DNA of 64,000 nucleotides from an uncultured Poribacteria bacterium (GTDB lineage Bacteria; Poribacteria; WGA-4E; WGA-3G), in contig OX638351.1 of the NCBI GenBank assembly GCA_951813565.1, positions 2,880,001-2,944,000 on the forward strand. Direction: 5' to 3'. Position 1 is the stretch's first letter, and each line of letters starts with the position of its first letter. Shown here piece after piece: positions 1 to 10,835 of this stretch. The notes under the pieces were generated by a model. It was not told where the DNA came from. It did not search any database and saw only the letters and a list, made by a program, of their open reading frames with translations. A program made the position numbers and the translations under genes.

Positions 1-337
1 CGGATATGTCGGTTCATAATGGGCTATAAACATATTGCTCCGCTGGAGCAAAGAGAGTTTCCTTTTGCCTGTCGTGCGTTGATTTAGCAACATAAGTCGT
101 GAACCAATTTCTTATATCAACTCACGTTTGAAAAATTATCCAAACTATAGAATATTCAACAAACATCTTTCTAAGTTTTATCGTATAATTAACACGTCAT
201 ATATAGAAAGCAGGTTACTAAAATGCGTTGACCCGTCGCACCTTGGAAGCGCGAGGAATTGGGGGAACATCCACCTCTACCTATATTGGAACCTGCAGTT
301 GTTGTACTTGACGGTCTGTTTCACAATACTATTTCAG

Positions 338-1678
338 TTATTTAGGAGTAATCCGCAGAACTTGACCGTTTGCTCCACCAATAACGATGCTACCGTCTGT
401 AGGATGGACGGTTAGTGAGTATGCCCAACCGTTTAAGGCAGGAATTTCATCTGTAACCTCTACCAAATCTGGGTCAATGATACGGATACGCCCATCGGTA
501 CAGGAGGCAACAACCTTTGATCCGTCATTCAACCATGCCACGTCCAGTGGTGCTACCTTGAACCGTGCAAACTTTACCATACGACCAATAGTTGGCTGCC
601 AGAAGCGAACGGTACGGTCGTCACCTGCAGAGACTATCACGGGAAGCCTTGCCTCACCCGGACGCAGCGCAAGGTCATGCACGGGCAGCGTGTGATTGTT
701 CATACTTCGGATTAACTCCCCCGATGTCAAATCCCAAACGCGGACACTCTGATCTATCCCTGTGCTTACGAGCATATCTTTATCATTCAGGAAACAGAGA
801 GATGATACCCCTTTTGAATGCCCTTGCAGGTCTTGAATCGGAGTTCCGGTGTGTAAGTCCCAAAGAATAATGCGCCGGTCTAAGCTCGCTGATGCAAGGA
901 CTGATACATCTCGCCACGCCACTGCCGTGACTGAATCACGATGCTTTTTAAGAACACGGAGCGATTTTGCTTCAGGCCACGAAAAAATCTCTACGATACC
1001 CTCAATTGCAGGATTCCCGCCACCAACTGCCAACCTATCGCCGCTCGGCGAAAAAGCAAGATCGTGAACGTTTTTGGCTTGCACTTTAATCATCTTCTGT
1101 AGGTTGAGTGTTGGCCAATCGTAAACGTGCAACCCTGCTTGCGAACATGCCATGACAGATTTTCCATCATGAGAAAATGCAAGAGAGGTAATTGGTGGCA
1201 TGATGGGAGGTTGGTGGGGATTGCTATTGGCACTTGATGGTTTGTGCTGCGATTGATTTCCTTTCCAATTACCGTAGTTTGCTCCACCTTTAATCCACTT
1301 TCGGATAAGGTCAATCTGCTGCTCTGTTAAGGGGTTGGCTTCTTCTGACGGTGGCATTATACCGGTTTCACCTTCAGGTAAGGTAATACGTTGGTAGAGA
1401 AGGGAATCATCAGGTTCACCTGCGATAATTACCTCTCCGTTCCTGCTCTCCTCAATACCTTTCACCCTATCCAGTTGGACATCACCTTTCGGCTTCGTGA
1501 CGTTCCCATCGGAATCTGTCTTTGGCGCACTATGGCAACTGAAGCAACGATTCTGAAGGATAGGCAAAATCTGTTTCTCAAAATCAATTTCAGTTTTGGG
1601 ATCTGCCGAGATAGCAGGTGCCGCAGACATCAGGATAAATATAAAAGCTACTAAATTCAGACACCTTTCAAGATTCAT
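338..1678 (-). CDS. Secreted Planctomycete-type cytochrome c domain + WD40 repeat protein
   Basis: Signal peptide; 'IDFEKQILPILQNRCFSCHS' CxxCH domain ending 'LIRKWIKGGA'; GH/WD repeats in the C-terminal half. Confidence 0.85.
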   Translation of the reverse strand: MNLERCLNLVAFIFILMSAAPAISADPKTEIDFEKQILPILQNRCFSCHSAPKTDSDGNVTKPKGDVQLDRVKGIEESRNGEVIIAGEPDDSLLYQRITLPEGETGIMPPSEEANPLTEQQIDLIRKWIKGGANYGNWKGNQSQHKPSSANSNPHQPPIMPPITSLAFSHDGKSVMACSQAGLHVYDWPTLNLQKMIKVQAKNVHDLAFSPSGDRLAVGGGNPAIEGIVEIFSWPEAKSLRVLKKHRDSVTAVAWRDVSVLASASLDRRIILWDLHTGTPIQDLQGHSKGVSSLCFLNDKDMLVSTGIDQSVRVWDLTSGELIRSMNNHTLPVHDLALRPGEARLPVIVSAGDDRTVRFWQPTIGRMVKFARFKVAPLDVAWLNDGSKVVASCTDGRIRIIDPDLVEVTDEIPALNGWAYSLTVHPTDGSIVIGGANGQVLRITPK

Positions 1679-1697
1679 ACTAATTTCCTTTAACCTG

Positions 1698-3911
1698 CTA
1701 ATTATTATTCACAAATTCATTGCAGGTTAGCAAACTCCATACCATATCTTCAAGGACTGCTCGTTGTGAATTGGCGGATGTGTTGACATCAATGTGCTGT
1801 TTCCAAAACTGCTGCTCAGTATCCGTTGGCTGCCGACTTAACGCTGCGAGATAAAATTCATTCACAATTTCCATCGGGGATTTCCCATCCGACATCAGTT
1901 TATCAAGTCGACTATCCGGAACACCGATGCGGGCATTGAGAAGGTCGCCATTGAACAGGTGCAGTTTACGTTGAAGTCCATCCGTTGCTTCAGTAGAAGT
2001 CTCGCATGAAGTTTTACGTGAACATCTGCCAAGAATATCCAGTGCGTCGGATTCAGTATTCGGATTAAACAGAGAGATAGCACGGGTGCCTTCCGGTTCA
2101 TCACCATAAATATCAGGTACACCGAGCACATCTGATATAGCATCTGCCAACACCTCTGGCGCAAGCGGTTTTTGTAGTGCATGAGAATAGAAGCGATCAT
2201 CTGCCTTGTTTTGCGGAAGCGCATTTGAACTACGCGCGTAAGCCTCACTAAGCGCGATGCGCTTGAGCGTGCGACGCAGATCGTAGCCGTGCGCCACAAA
2301 ATCGTCCGCTAACGTTGTCAGCAATTCAGGATGCGTAGCAGGATTAGTAGACCGAAAATCGTCAACAGGTTCAACTAACCCACGCCCCATCATTGCCTTC
2401 CATAACCGATTGACAATCGCTTTGGCGAAATATGGGTTATCGGAACTTGTTAGCCAGTCCACCAATTCGAGACGACCATCAGCGACATCGGTAGGCAGAA
2501 ACCGATTGCCGGGAATCCGCGGCACTGCTTTTTCGCGTGTGGCTGGATGGAGAACCTCACCAGAAGGTTTTACTTTGACGATCTGATCGCCTTCTATTTT
2601 GGCAAAGATCGCTGCTAACCCGTGGTAATCGTCCTGTGTCCACTTGTCAAGTGGATGACTATGGCAATTGGCGCATCGCAGCCGTGCTCCCATGAAGAGT
2701 TCACTCATGAATTCTGCTTGTTCACGCGGACCATTGACGGTGCGGTAAAAATTCGCCGGACCAACTTCGTGAGAATCACCTATTGCCAAAATAACCGAGC
2801 GCGCCATTTGGTCATATCCAATACCGTCCCGAATCTGTAGGGAAAGCCATTGATGGTAGACAAACGCGCCTTGTGTGTTTCTATCACGTGCACCTATCCG
2901 CAGCAGTTTTGCTAATTGCAGTGTCCAGTACTCGTTAAATTCATTTGACTGAAGTAAGGTATCAACCAATGTTTCCCGTTTATCTGTATTTGAATCTGTG
3001 AGGAATCGGGTTGCTGCGTCTGGTGTGGGAATGCGTCCTGTGAGATCAAGCGTCACTCTACGTAGGAAAGTGGCATCATCAACAGTTGGTGACACAGGCA
3101 GCCGAAGCGTTGATAGCAATTTGAGGATTTCACTATCAATATTTGGAGGCGTGTGCGTTTCGCCACTTTTTTTGTTATTTTGTATGGGAACTTCGTTTAA
3201 AGGTGCAATGAGTTCAATCGGGACTACCTCCGTGAGATAGCGAGCAATAATGATGTGCCGACCACGGCGATGCAATTTGGCTACGGCAGTAGACGCATCA
3301 ATTTCAATCGCTGAACTGTCCTCTGGCGTAAAAACAGTCCATCGTGTTACATCTCTTTTCGTTCCATCTGAAAAATGAGCATCTGCGTGCAATTGAATGG
3401 GACTCTCAAGATTCGCTATCACCTGTTTTTGTGGTGATATTTCAACGCGTTCCAAACGACGCAGCGTTTCATAGGATGCACCTTGTTGGATCCAGTTGCG
3501 GAGTAATAACGCACCTTCCCCATTTTCGTCCAACACATGACCACCGCCATGGTTAGTTTGCGCTGTCGGTTTTAGAATCACAAGGCTCTCTTCTGGGTGC
3601 ATCAGATTGATACGCCTGCCCGCGAGTTGTCGAACAATTGCCTTATAGTCCGCTTGTAGGTTACCGCCAAAGAGCGATAACTTGAACTCTCCTCTACCAG
3701 CCGCTGAACCATGACATGCCCCCGAATTACACCCAAACTTTGTAAAAATCGGTATCAAGTCATTTTCAAAGTCAACACGGTCAGACGATTGTGATGCAGC
3801 AAAATTAGTCTGATCGTTGTTTGCAAAGGATACATTCTGGTAGATTTGACCGCACAAGAATAGTACGGCTGACAGCGCGAATAAGTTGAGAGTAAATCGG
3901 ATTACTTTCAT
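1698..3911 (-). CDS. DUF1549/DUF1553 (PSCyt2/PSD1) Planctomycete-type protein
   Basis: 'CNSGACHG', 'FLRRVTLDLTGRIPT', 'CANCHSHP', 'NPYFAKAIVNRLW...GRGLVEPVDDF' motifs. Confidence 0.9.
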   Translation of the reverse strand: MKVIRFTLNLFALSAVLFLCGQIYQNVSFANNDQTNFAASQSSDRVDFENDLIPIFTKFGCNSGACHGSAAGRGEFKLSLFGGNLQADYKAIVRQLAGRRINLMHPEESLVILKPTAQTNHGGGHVLDENGEGALLLRNWIQQGASYETLRRLERVEISPQKQVIANLESPIQLHADAHFSDGTKRDVTRWTVFTPEDSSAIEIDASTAVAKLHRRGRHIIIARYLTEVVPIELIAPLNEVPIQNNKKSGETHTPPNIDSEILKLLSTLRLPVSPTVDDATFLRRVTLDLTGRIPTPDAATRFLTDSNTDKRETLVDTLLQSNEFNEYWTLQLAKLLRIGARDRNTQGAFVYHQWLSLQIRDGIGYDQMARSVILAIGDSHEVGPANFYRTVNGPREQAEFMSELFMGARLRCANCHSHPLDKWTQDDYHGLAAIFAKIEGDQIVKVKPSGEVLHPATREKAVPRIPGNRFLPTDVADGRLELVDWLTSSDNPYFAKAIVNRLWKAMMGRGLVEPVDDFRSTNPATHPELLTTLADDFVAHGYDLRRTLKRIALSEAYARSSNALPQNKADDRFYSHALQKPLAPEVLADAISDVLGVPDIYGDEPEGTRAISLFNPNTESDALDILGRCSRKTSCETSTEATDGLQRKLHLFNGDLLNARIGVPDSRLDKLMSDGKSPMEIVNEFYLAALSRQPTDTEQQFWKQHIDVNTSANSQRAVLEDMVWSLLTCNEFVNNN

Positions 3912-3928
3912 TTTAACGCTCCATAAAT

Positions 3929-5329
3929 CTAAGCAATTAATTCTGAAACGACGTTTGCCCCATCAGGTGCGACGCGGACAGGGCGACCATCACTGGTATG
4001 CAGCTCCAAGCCAGGGTCAATACCGAGTAGTGTATAGATTGTCGCTGACAGATCCGAAGGTGTCACCGGACGTTCCTTTGGAAATTCGCCGAGCACATCG
4101 CTGCTGCCGACGATCTGTCCGCCTTGCACGCCGCCCCCAGCCAACATCACGCTGAACACGTTAGGCCAATGATCACGTCCACCTTGCGAGTTAATTTTCG
4201 GTGTGCGACCAAACTCACCCATAACTACCACAAGTGTTTCATTTAACATACGTCGGTCAGTAAGGTCTTGGATTAGCGCGCTCAGTGCCTTATCAAGTGA
4301 TGGTAGATGTGCATTTCGGTCTGTCGGGTAACGTTCTTTAAGTGTGAAGATATCCTGATGCGTGTCCCACCCTGCATGATTGACAGTTACGAATGGCACA
4401 CTTCTCTCAACAAGCCTTCGTGCCAACAAACAACTCAGTCCTATTCCGTTTACGCCACCTATGCCATATCGATGGCGCACCTCTTGAGGTTCCTCGGAAA
4501 GCGTGAATGCCGCTTTGGCTTCGGGCGATGTAATAAGATTGTAGGCGCGTTCCAACTCCGGGTCTGATACTGTTGATGCGCCAGCGTCTTTAGCACTACT
4601 AAATTCGTTAAGTGCGTTGACAAATTGTCTTCGTCGCGAAAGACGATCGATATCAATACCTTGATAAAAATCAAGGTCGCGCACCTTAAAGCCGCCATTA
4701 CTCCCCTTAAAGTCATCTTTATTAGGATTGCCACCAACAGAAAACGGACGTGTGGCACTTGGCAGATATCCGTTACCTGATACTTCACGGGTGAAGTTAG
4801 GAACTGCAATGTTGGGTGGCAAAGCAGTGGTCACAGCGTTATTTTCAGTAGCAGTAATCGGAGAGTCTTTGCTACTTTGAGACCTGATAAAAGCAAGCGT
4901 TGCACCAAAAGTCGGATACTCCAAAGCAGGTGTAGGTTTGTATCCTGTCATCAAATATTGGGTGCCGAGGCTGTGTTCCCCAAGTGGCGAGGTCATTGAG
5001 CGAATGATGGCGATTTTATCCATAATGGCTGCTGTTCGCCCCAAACATTCACTGATACGCACGCCTGTCACATTCGTGGGAATAGTCTTTAGGGGTCCGC
5101 GAACCTCTTGCGGAGCGTCCGGTTTTGGGTCAAAAGTTTCCAGATGACTGGGACCCCCATCAAGCCATATCAGGATACAGGATTTTGCTTTTGCTGTGAG
5201 TGGACTGTTGCTTGCAAAAGCGCGTTGCAGGTGGAAAAAATCGCCTAATCCTAATCCGAGTGCTGCCAATCCACCGACGCGTAGAAAATCACGGCGGCTA
5301 ATACCATCACATCGTTTTACTGCGTTCAT
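3929..5329 (-). CDS. DUF1501 family protein, Tat-exported
   Basis: 'SRRDFL' twin-arginine motif; 'GGPSHLETFDPKP', 'WDTH', 'GEFGRTP', 'GRDHWP'. Confidence 0.92.
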   Translation of the reverse strand: MNAVKRCDGISRRDFLRVGGLAALGLGLGDFFHLQRAFASNSPLTAKAKSCILIWLDGGPSHLETFDPKPDAPQEVRGPLKTIPTNVTGVRISECLGRTAAIMDKIAIIRSMTSPLGEHSLGTQYLMTGYKPTPALEYPTFGATLAFIRSQSSKDSPITATENNAVTTALPPNIAVPNFTREVSGNGYLPSATRPFSVGGNPNKDDFKGSNGGFKVRDLDFYQGIDIDRLSRRRQFVNALNEFSSAKDAGASTVSDPELERAYNLITSPEAKAAFTLSEEPQEVRHRYGIGGVNGIGLSCLLARRLVERSVPFVTVNHAGWDTHQDIFTLKERYPTDRNAHLPSLDKALSALIQDLTDRRMLNETLVVVMGEFGRTPKINSQGGRDHWPNVFSVMLAGGGVQGGQIVGSSDVLGEFPKERPVTPSDLSATIYTLLGIDPGLELHTSDGRPVRVAPDGANVVSELIA

Positions 5330-5474
5330 TTATTCTCCTCATACAATATATGCTTTGATTCACAAAACTCAAGATGCTCATTCGGTCAGACAAAGCCCTC
5401 CTACAAGAATGTGAATCGCTAATTTGACGCTTTTGGGACGGTATGTTGTTACCATCCCAAAAAGTTCCTGAGTC

Positions 5475-8400
5475 TTAATCTTCACCACGTCGCATCTGTT
5501 CACTACCGCTTTCCATAGGCTTATTTTCAGTCTCACTAATTCCGAGCCCAATTTTATCAATACCTGCCTCTTTTGCGATATCCATTACCTTGACGATCTG
5601 TTCGTGAGGCACATCTCGTTCTGATTGGATAATAAGCATAGATTTTTGTTCTTCAGGTAAGTTACGGAGGAACGTAAGCAATTCATCAAACTGTACAACG
5701 GTTCCATCTAAGTGTACAACGGATCCGTTTAATACAAACGTTCCGTTTAAGAGCATTTTACCAGCTTCTTCACCTTCAGCAGGATTTTTAATTTCGATAA
5801 CAGGATTTTTTAGGTTCAACCATTTTTCCAGCGTGGCAGGCTTCACCCCAATTGCCTCTCCGACAGCACCAAGTAAATGAGGGTCGGGACGGAGCATCGG
5901 TTGCGTGAAAGCAAAGTTATAAAGCACTTTTCCATCTTTGGCGATAATAACTGTCTGCGCGACACTTCTATTCAGTCCGTAGCTGCCAGGTCCTTCACGA
6001 CCGTCCAAAGAAATACCGAGTAAGACACCACTTGGAATATGCGGGACTAACTTACTGGCTTGATCCTTCAAGGTATCTGGTGTGTCCCCTAAAAACACAG
6101 CATTTATATGCATTTTCTGTTTAGATTTCTCGGCGATTTGAGCGAGTAAACGTGAAAAACCAACCAACCCACGCAAACCGAGACCGCTTTCGTCCTGTAG
6201 GAAGAGAACAAGTGTTTTTCCCTCTGCCTTGGCGATGACATCGTAAGTTTTGTCTTTAGTTTCACCGTTGATACCTGTAGCCATCAGAGGTGGGAGTTTT
6301 TCGCCGGGTTGCGGTCCAGAGAAAAGATCTTTTTTCTGAGTCTTCTTGAACTCAGCAGGATTTTTTACTTCAATACGATCCCTACGATATCGGTTACGTT
6401 CTTCAGCAGGTGGTAGGGCAATGTCTATTTCCAAATCCGGCTGCTGCTTTAGCAACATGCGGAGGGGCCTCATATCCTGAATCTTAATCGGGTTGTTGGA
6501 AAGCGCTAACCATGTAAGTTGTCTCAGTCCGCTGAGAGGCGTGATGTCGCGAATTTGGTTAGCTTGAAGTCCTAAATATGTCAGCTGTTTCAAGTTTGCG
6601 AGCGGTGTGATATCGCGAATTTGGTTAGCTTGGAGTCTTAAATCTGCTAGCTGTTTCAAGTTAGTAAGCGGTGTGATGTCGTGGATTTGATTTATACTAA
6701 GGTCTAACTCTGTCAACTGTTTCAAGTTTGCGAGCGGTGTAATGTTACTAATTTCATTCATAAAAATCCGTAAACTTTTAAGTTGTGTCAACCCAGTAAG
6801 CGGTGTGATGTCACGGATTAGGTTGTTGTAGAGTGATAACTGTGTAAGTTGTCTTAGTCCGCCGAGAGGCGTGATGTCGCGAATAAGTCCATTATTGTTT
6901 AACCTTAACTTTTTCAACTGCGCTAATCCAGCAAGTGGTTTGATATCTGTAATCCGATTTTCTGAAAGAGATAACTCCGTTAGCTGCGTCAATCCAGCGA
7001 GTGGCGTTATATCCTTGATTTGATTCTGACTATAATCCCCACGAATTATTAAAGTCTTTAACCCCGTTGCTTTTTCCAACCCTGTCAAGTCTCCTATGTT
7101 TTTTTTCAAAGCACGAAGTGTCTCTAATGTTTCCAACTTCTTTTTTGGAATTGGAGCACTTGGATCCAAACCGAGTGCATCCCGCACAACGGCGGCTAAG
7201 TTGGCATCAGGTATTGTTACATTCTCCTGTACGCCGCCGCGCTGCATCCGTTCACCTTCAGCAGGCGCTTCGTTCAGCCATTTCGCTACTGTTTCCGGTT
7301 TTTCCTGAATTACATCTGCTATGGCACCAAGGACATGTGGATCGGCAAAGAGCAAAGGTTGTGTGAAAGCAAAGTTATAAAAAACCTTACTTTCTTTAGC
7401 AATAATAACTGTCTGTGAAACATTGCGATTTAACCCATAACTCCCCGGTCCCTCCCGACCATCCGGAGAAATACCAACTAACACGTTCTCTGGCACATGC
7501 TGTGTAATTTGTTTCAACGCTGCGGGATCATCGCTGAGAAACACAACACTTATCTGTAGTTCTTGCTTAGATTCATTGGAGATTTTATCAACTATACGGG
7601 AAATATCGTACAACCCACGCAAACCTACACCACTTTCGTCTTGCAACAGAAGCACGAGCGGTTGTCCACCAGCTTTGGCAATAAAATCGAATGTTTTACC
7701 TTTTGCTGCACCGCTTATCCCGGTTGCCTTCAATGGTGGAAGTTTTTCGCCCGGTTGCGGTCCAGAAAATATCCGTTTTTCATCGGACGTACCGAAATCT
7801 GCTGGGTCAGCAACTTCTACTTGACGGCGATTTTCATATTGGCGTTCTCTGTGCATCATCTGAGCATCATCGTTGGTCTTCTTGAGAAGTTGTTCGCCTT
7901 CTTCCCAAGTGATACCCAGTTTTTTGAGTTTTTCCGCTGCCTTTTTCTTTGATATTCTCCCCTGCTTGAGTTCTGCGCGTAGATTCTCAAAATTTAGGGC
8001 GAGTAACCTTGCGTTAGATTCAGCAACCATTGTCATGTAGCGATTTAATTCTTTATCATTCAGCCACTTCTCCAACGCTGCGGGTTCTACTTCAATCGCT
8101 TGTGCGATGGCACCGAGGAGATGTGGATCAGTATAGAGCATCGGTTGTGTGAAAGCAAAATTGTGTAGTACTTTCCCATCTTTGGCAATAATAATTGTCT
8201 GTGCCACATTGCGGTTCAATCCATAACTCCCTGGTCCTTCACGTCCATCAGGAGATATCCCTGTTAATACCTTATTTGGAATCCCTTTTTTTAACATAGG
8301 TAGAGTATCAAGATCATCTGTAAGGAACACAACACCTATCTGGAGTCCTTGATTAGACACTTCGGTACCCGTTGCCGTGCTATTCCTTTTTTGGAAAGCA

Positions 8401-9803
8401 TTAATTTTAAGGAGCAACTGGGACACGCCAACAAGCCCTTTTACGCCGACGCCATTGGTATTTTGCAAGAACAATACAAGCGGTTTCCCATCCGCCTCAG
8501 CGGTGATATCAAATATCTGACCGTCAAGTTCGCCGTCAGTGCCGGTCACCATCAATGCCGGGAGTTTTTCTCCGGGTTGCGGTCCGGAGAACAAACGGTT
8601 TTCCTGTGATTTAGTAAACGCTGAAGGGTCCAAAACCTTTATGGATTTGTCTTCCTTGTATTCTTTCTTATCCTTCATTTCAGCAAGTTTTTTCTGCTCA
8701 CCACGTTTCTTTTCAACTTTTTCAACCGCTTTTTCCGATTCCTGTGGCGTCTGAGCGAATAGTGAAAGTTGAACAGTTCTCAGCGGAACCAGCTGTGCCA
8801 TCGCAAGCAAAGGGAGACAGGTTAGGAGTAAGGTTACTGCTACTACACGTAAACGTCGTCTTGGTTTTAAGTCAAGTTGTCTATTATTTTTCAAAATGGA
8901 GTTAATTCGAGATTCCAATTCTGACGGCTCATTTAACCCCAAAGTTAGAGGAATAGCCTGTTCTTTATGGTGAACCATATCTAACAAACACTGGGCATAA
9001 TTTTTCCTTGCACCTGTCAATTGGATGACCCAATCATCACAGATTCGTTCCCGGAGATGGACAAGTTTTCGGTTGAGAAAATAGTAAATTGGATGGAAAA
9101 AGAAAATAGCACCAACTATATGAGAAAAGAGATTAGTTAACCAGTCCAATCTTTGCACGTGCGCTAATTCGTGCGCTGCTACCAATTCAAACTGATCTAA
9201 ATTCATCTTTATCGGAATTAGAATGTAAGGTGATAACCAACCAAATGAGATAGGTGATACGACCCGATCTGAGAAGCAAACGGTGACTGGACGATCTATG
9301 TTCAGCTTTTGAGCCAAGCGTTTACAGACTGCCTGATATGAATCATCCGCTACTATTGCAGTACGGCGGAGTCGATGGATTCGATACAAACCAAAAGCAA
9401 CGCGAATCAACATAGCAAGTGTCCCAACAGCCCAAATACAAAGTATTAGATTGGTTGTAGTCCAATTAAAGGAAAACTGGCTTCCAGCAACCGTGTGTGC
9501 TTGGGATTGCATGCCGCTTTCAGTTGTCGTGATCTCCGGCAGGTCTACAGTTTGTGTCATTAAACCTGAAATTTCTACGGGTTGTGCTTTCATCAATTCA
9601 GGTGCCGTGCTACCGATTGAAATTGTTGGCACAAACTGATTCAGAGCAAATAGGATTGGCAAACTGAGTAGAAGCAGTAGCGAAAGCAGATGGGTTGTGC
9701 TGTTGGTGCGGCGAAAACGTCTGGTCACAAGCCATGTTAAACAGCCCAATAATCCCCATTGCCATGAACAGTTAAGTAAAGAAAGCAGGATTTGCTTAGT
9801 CAT
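5475..9803 (-). CDS. BlaR1/M56 peptidase-family sensor with three redoxin-like repeats, internalin-type LRRs and a C-terminal ExbD-like domain
   Basis: TM helices, 'AHELAH' zinc motif, 'RERICDD'; three copies of 'FSGPQPGEKLP...GREGPGSYGLNR'; 22-aa LRRs; 'IIQSERDVPHEQIVKVMDIAKEAGIDKIGL'. Confidence 0.85.
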   Translation of the reverse strand: MTKQILLSLLNCSWQWGLLGCLTWLVTRRFRRTNSTTHLLSLLLLLSLPILFALNQFVPTISIGSTAPELMKAQPVEISGLMTQTVDLPEITTTESGMQSQAHTVAGSQFSFNWTTTNLILCIWAVGTLAMLIRVAFGLYRIHRLRRTAIVADDSYQAVCKRLAQKLNIDRPVTVCFSDRVVSPISFGWLSPYILIPIKMNLDQFELVAAHELAHVQRLDWLTNLFSHIVGAIFFFHPIYYFLNRKLVHLRERICDDWVIQLTGARKNYAQCLLDMVHHKEQAIPLTLGLNEPSELESRINSILKNNRQLDLKPRRRLRVVAVTLLLTCLPLLAMAQLVPLRTVQLSLFAQTPQESEKAVEKVEKKRGEQKKLAEMKDKKEYKEDKSIKVLDPSAFTKSQENRLFSGPQPGEKLPALMVTGTDGELDGQIFDITAEADGKPLVLFLQNTNGVGVKGLVGVSQLLLKINAFQKRNSTATGTEVSNQGLQIGVVFLTDDLDTLPMLKKGIPNKVLTGISPDGREGPGSYGLNRNVAQTIIIAKDGKVLHNFAFTQPMLYTDPHLLGAIAQAIEVEPAALEKWLNDKELNRYMTMVAESNARLLALNFENLRAELKQGRISKKKAAEKLKKLGITWEEGEQLLKKTNDDAQMMHRERQYENRRQVEVADPADFGTSDEKRIFSGPQPGEKLPPLKATGISGAAKGKTFDFIAKAGGQPLVLLLQDESGVGLRGLYDISRIVDKISNESKQELQISVVFLSDDPAALKQITQHVPENVLVGISPDGREGPGSYGLNRNVSQTVIIAKESKVFYNFAFTQPLLFADPHVLGAIADVIQEKPETVAKWLNEAPAEGERMQRGGVQENVTIPDANLAAVVRDALGLDPSAPIPKKKLETLETLRALKKNIGDLTGLEKATGLKTLIIRGDYSQNQIKDITPLAGLTQLTELSLSENRITDIKPLAGLAQLKKLRLNNNGLIRDITPLGGLRQLTQLSLYNNLIRDITPLTGLTQLKSLRIFMNEISNITPLANLKQLTELDLSINQIHDITPLTNLKQLADLRLQANQIRDITPLANLKQLTYLGLQANQIRDITPLSGLRQLTWLALSNNPIKIQDMRPLRMLLKQQPDLEIDIALPPAEERNRYRRDRIEVKNPAEFKKTQKKDLFSGPQPGEKLPPLMATGINGETKDKTYDVIAKAEGKTLVLFLQDESGLGLRGLVGFSRLLAQIAEKSKQKMHINAVFLGDTPDTLKDQASKLVPHIPSGVLLGISLDGREGPGSYGLNRSVAQTVIIAKDGKVLYNFAFTQPMLRPDPHLLGAVGEAIGVKPATLEKWLNLKNPVIEIKNPAEGEEAGKMLLNGTFVLNGSVVHLDGTVVQFDELLTFLRNLPEEQKSMLIIQSERDVPHEQIVKVMDIAKEAGIDKIGLGISETENKPMESGSEQMRRGED
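6500..7020 (-). repeat. 66-bp tandem coding repeats (LRR units)
   Basis: Repeated 'NQIRDITPLANLKQLTxLxL' with near-identical DNA; boundaries approximate. Confidence 0.8.
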
Positions 9804-10206
9804 CGGTTACTCCTTTGGGTTGTTGAACTCCAGATATTTCTTCCGGCTGGTAGTCATTGATCAATTTTTGTAAACGGTCAAGTTCAGACGGAGTGGTTTG
9901 TCGAACCTCAAGTAGCGTGTTCACCAGTTTTTCTGCCGAATTGTCAAAGAGACGTTCCAATAAATCGTTAAGCATGGAATGTGTAATCTCTGTTTCTTTG
10001 ACCAAAGGCTGGTAAACGAATGTTCGACCATCCACTTGATGCGACAAAAAACCCTTCTTTTCAAGGCTTTTCATGGTGGTGGCGACAGTGGTATACGCGA
10101 GTTTCCTATCAATGTTTTCAAGAACATCATTGACTGTGGCGCGCGTCAGTTTCCACACCACTTTCATCACCTCAAGTTCTAAATGGTGTAATTTATTGTT
10201 TTTCAT
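9796..10206 (-). CDS. BlaI/MecI/CopY family repressor
   Basis: 'LELEVMKVVW', 'AYTTVATTMKSLEKKG'; overlaps the start of the M56 gene. Confidence 0.92.
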   Translation of the reverse strand: MKNNKLHHLELEVMKVVWKLTRATVNDVLENIDRKLAYTTVATTMKSLEKKGFLSHQVDGRTFVYQPLVKETEITHSMLNDLLERLFDNSAEKLVNTLLEVRQTTPSELDRLQKLINDYQPEEISGVQQPKGVTDD

Positions 10207-10247
10207 CTGATTTTCCTCATCTGGAGGTTATGGGTGAATACTTATAT

Positions 10248-10402
10248 AACCTAAGTTGCCACCTATTTGGCGAACGGTCTTGTGGGAGGGGTTTCTAACC
10301 CCGATTTATAACAGAAGACATACAGAATCAGCGAAAGATCCTTGTTTTTCACTAAAAAATAGTGCCAACCTGTTCAGAATTTTGTAGGTAGCAACTTAGG
10401 TT
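10248..10402. mobile_element. MITE-like element with an internal REP hairpin; second copy at 53291-53478
   Basis: TIRs AACCTAAGTTGCCACCTA / TAGGTAGCAACTTAGGTT; interior homologous to the second copy. Confidence 0.75.
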
Positions 10403-10546
10403 TATATAGTAAAACCTATAATTAATGGGACACTTCTGTAGCGTAAACTTTTAGTTTGCGTCTCATAGGGCACAAACTATAGTGAAACCTACAATTATTG
10501 ACACGCTATGTCCTAGTGGTAATTTCAAATATAGAATGTAAATGTA

Positions 10547-10572
10547 AGAGGCGCAATGAATTGCGCGACTAC
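10547..10572 (-). repeat. GTAG-type REP (GTAGTCGCGCAATTCATTGCGCCTCT)
   Basis: Identical copy at 49366-49391; variants near 15575 and 49302; interrupted copy at 57090. Confidence 0.8.
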
Positions 10573-10704
10573 AAACACTGCAAATCTAAAGAAAACTGTA
10601 TAGATAATTTCATATTTTATTATAAAAGTTTGTGCTACAACTTCTATTGCAAGATATATTCCAAAATAGATTTATCAAAGTGTCCCAATAATTTCAAAGT
10701 TCAC

Positions 10705-10818
10705 TATAGTAGAATCTTAAAACATGCAAACACTTCGATGCACAACCTATCTCGCCACCCACTGCTGACGAGGTTTCCTAACCTCGTCAATGTAAGAGTA
10801 ACTGTGGATTTTACCATA
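10705..10818. mobile_element. 114-bp IS630-type MITE carrying a REP hairpin
   Basis: TATAGTA...TACCATA ends; same length as and homologous to 53174-53287; internal CGAGGTTTCCTAACCTCG. Confidence 0.7.
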
Positions 10819-10835
10819 AATACTTCACCTTGAAT

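Noticed and set aside
10610..10660. blaI promoter/operator
   Set aside because: TTGCAA and TATAAT are 22 bp apart and no clear TACA-NN-TGTA dyad is present
10498..10833. 111-aa ORF, plus short ORFs at 128, 48613, 48847, 53367, 53522 and 56857
   Set aside because: They run through intergenic MITE/REP-rich DNA and lack coding features
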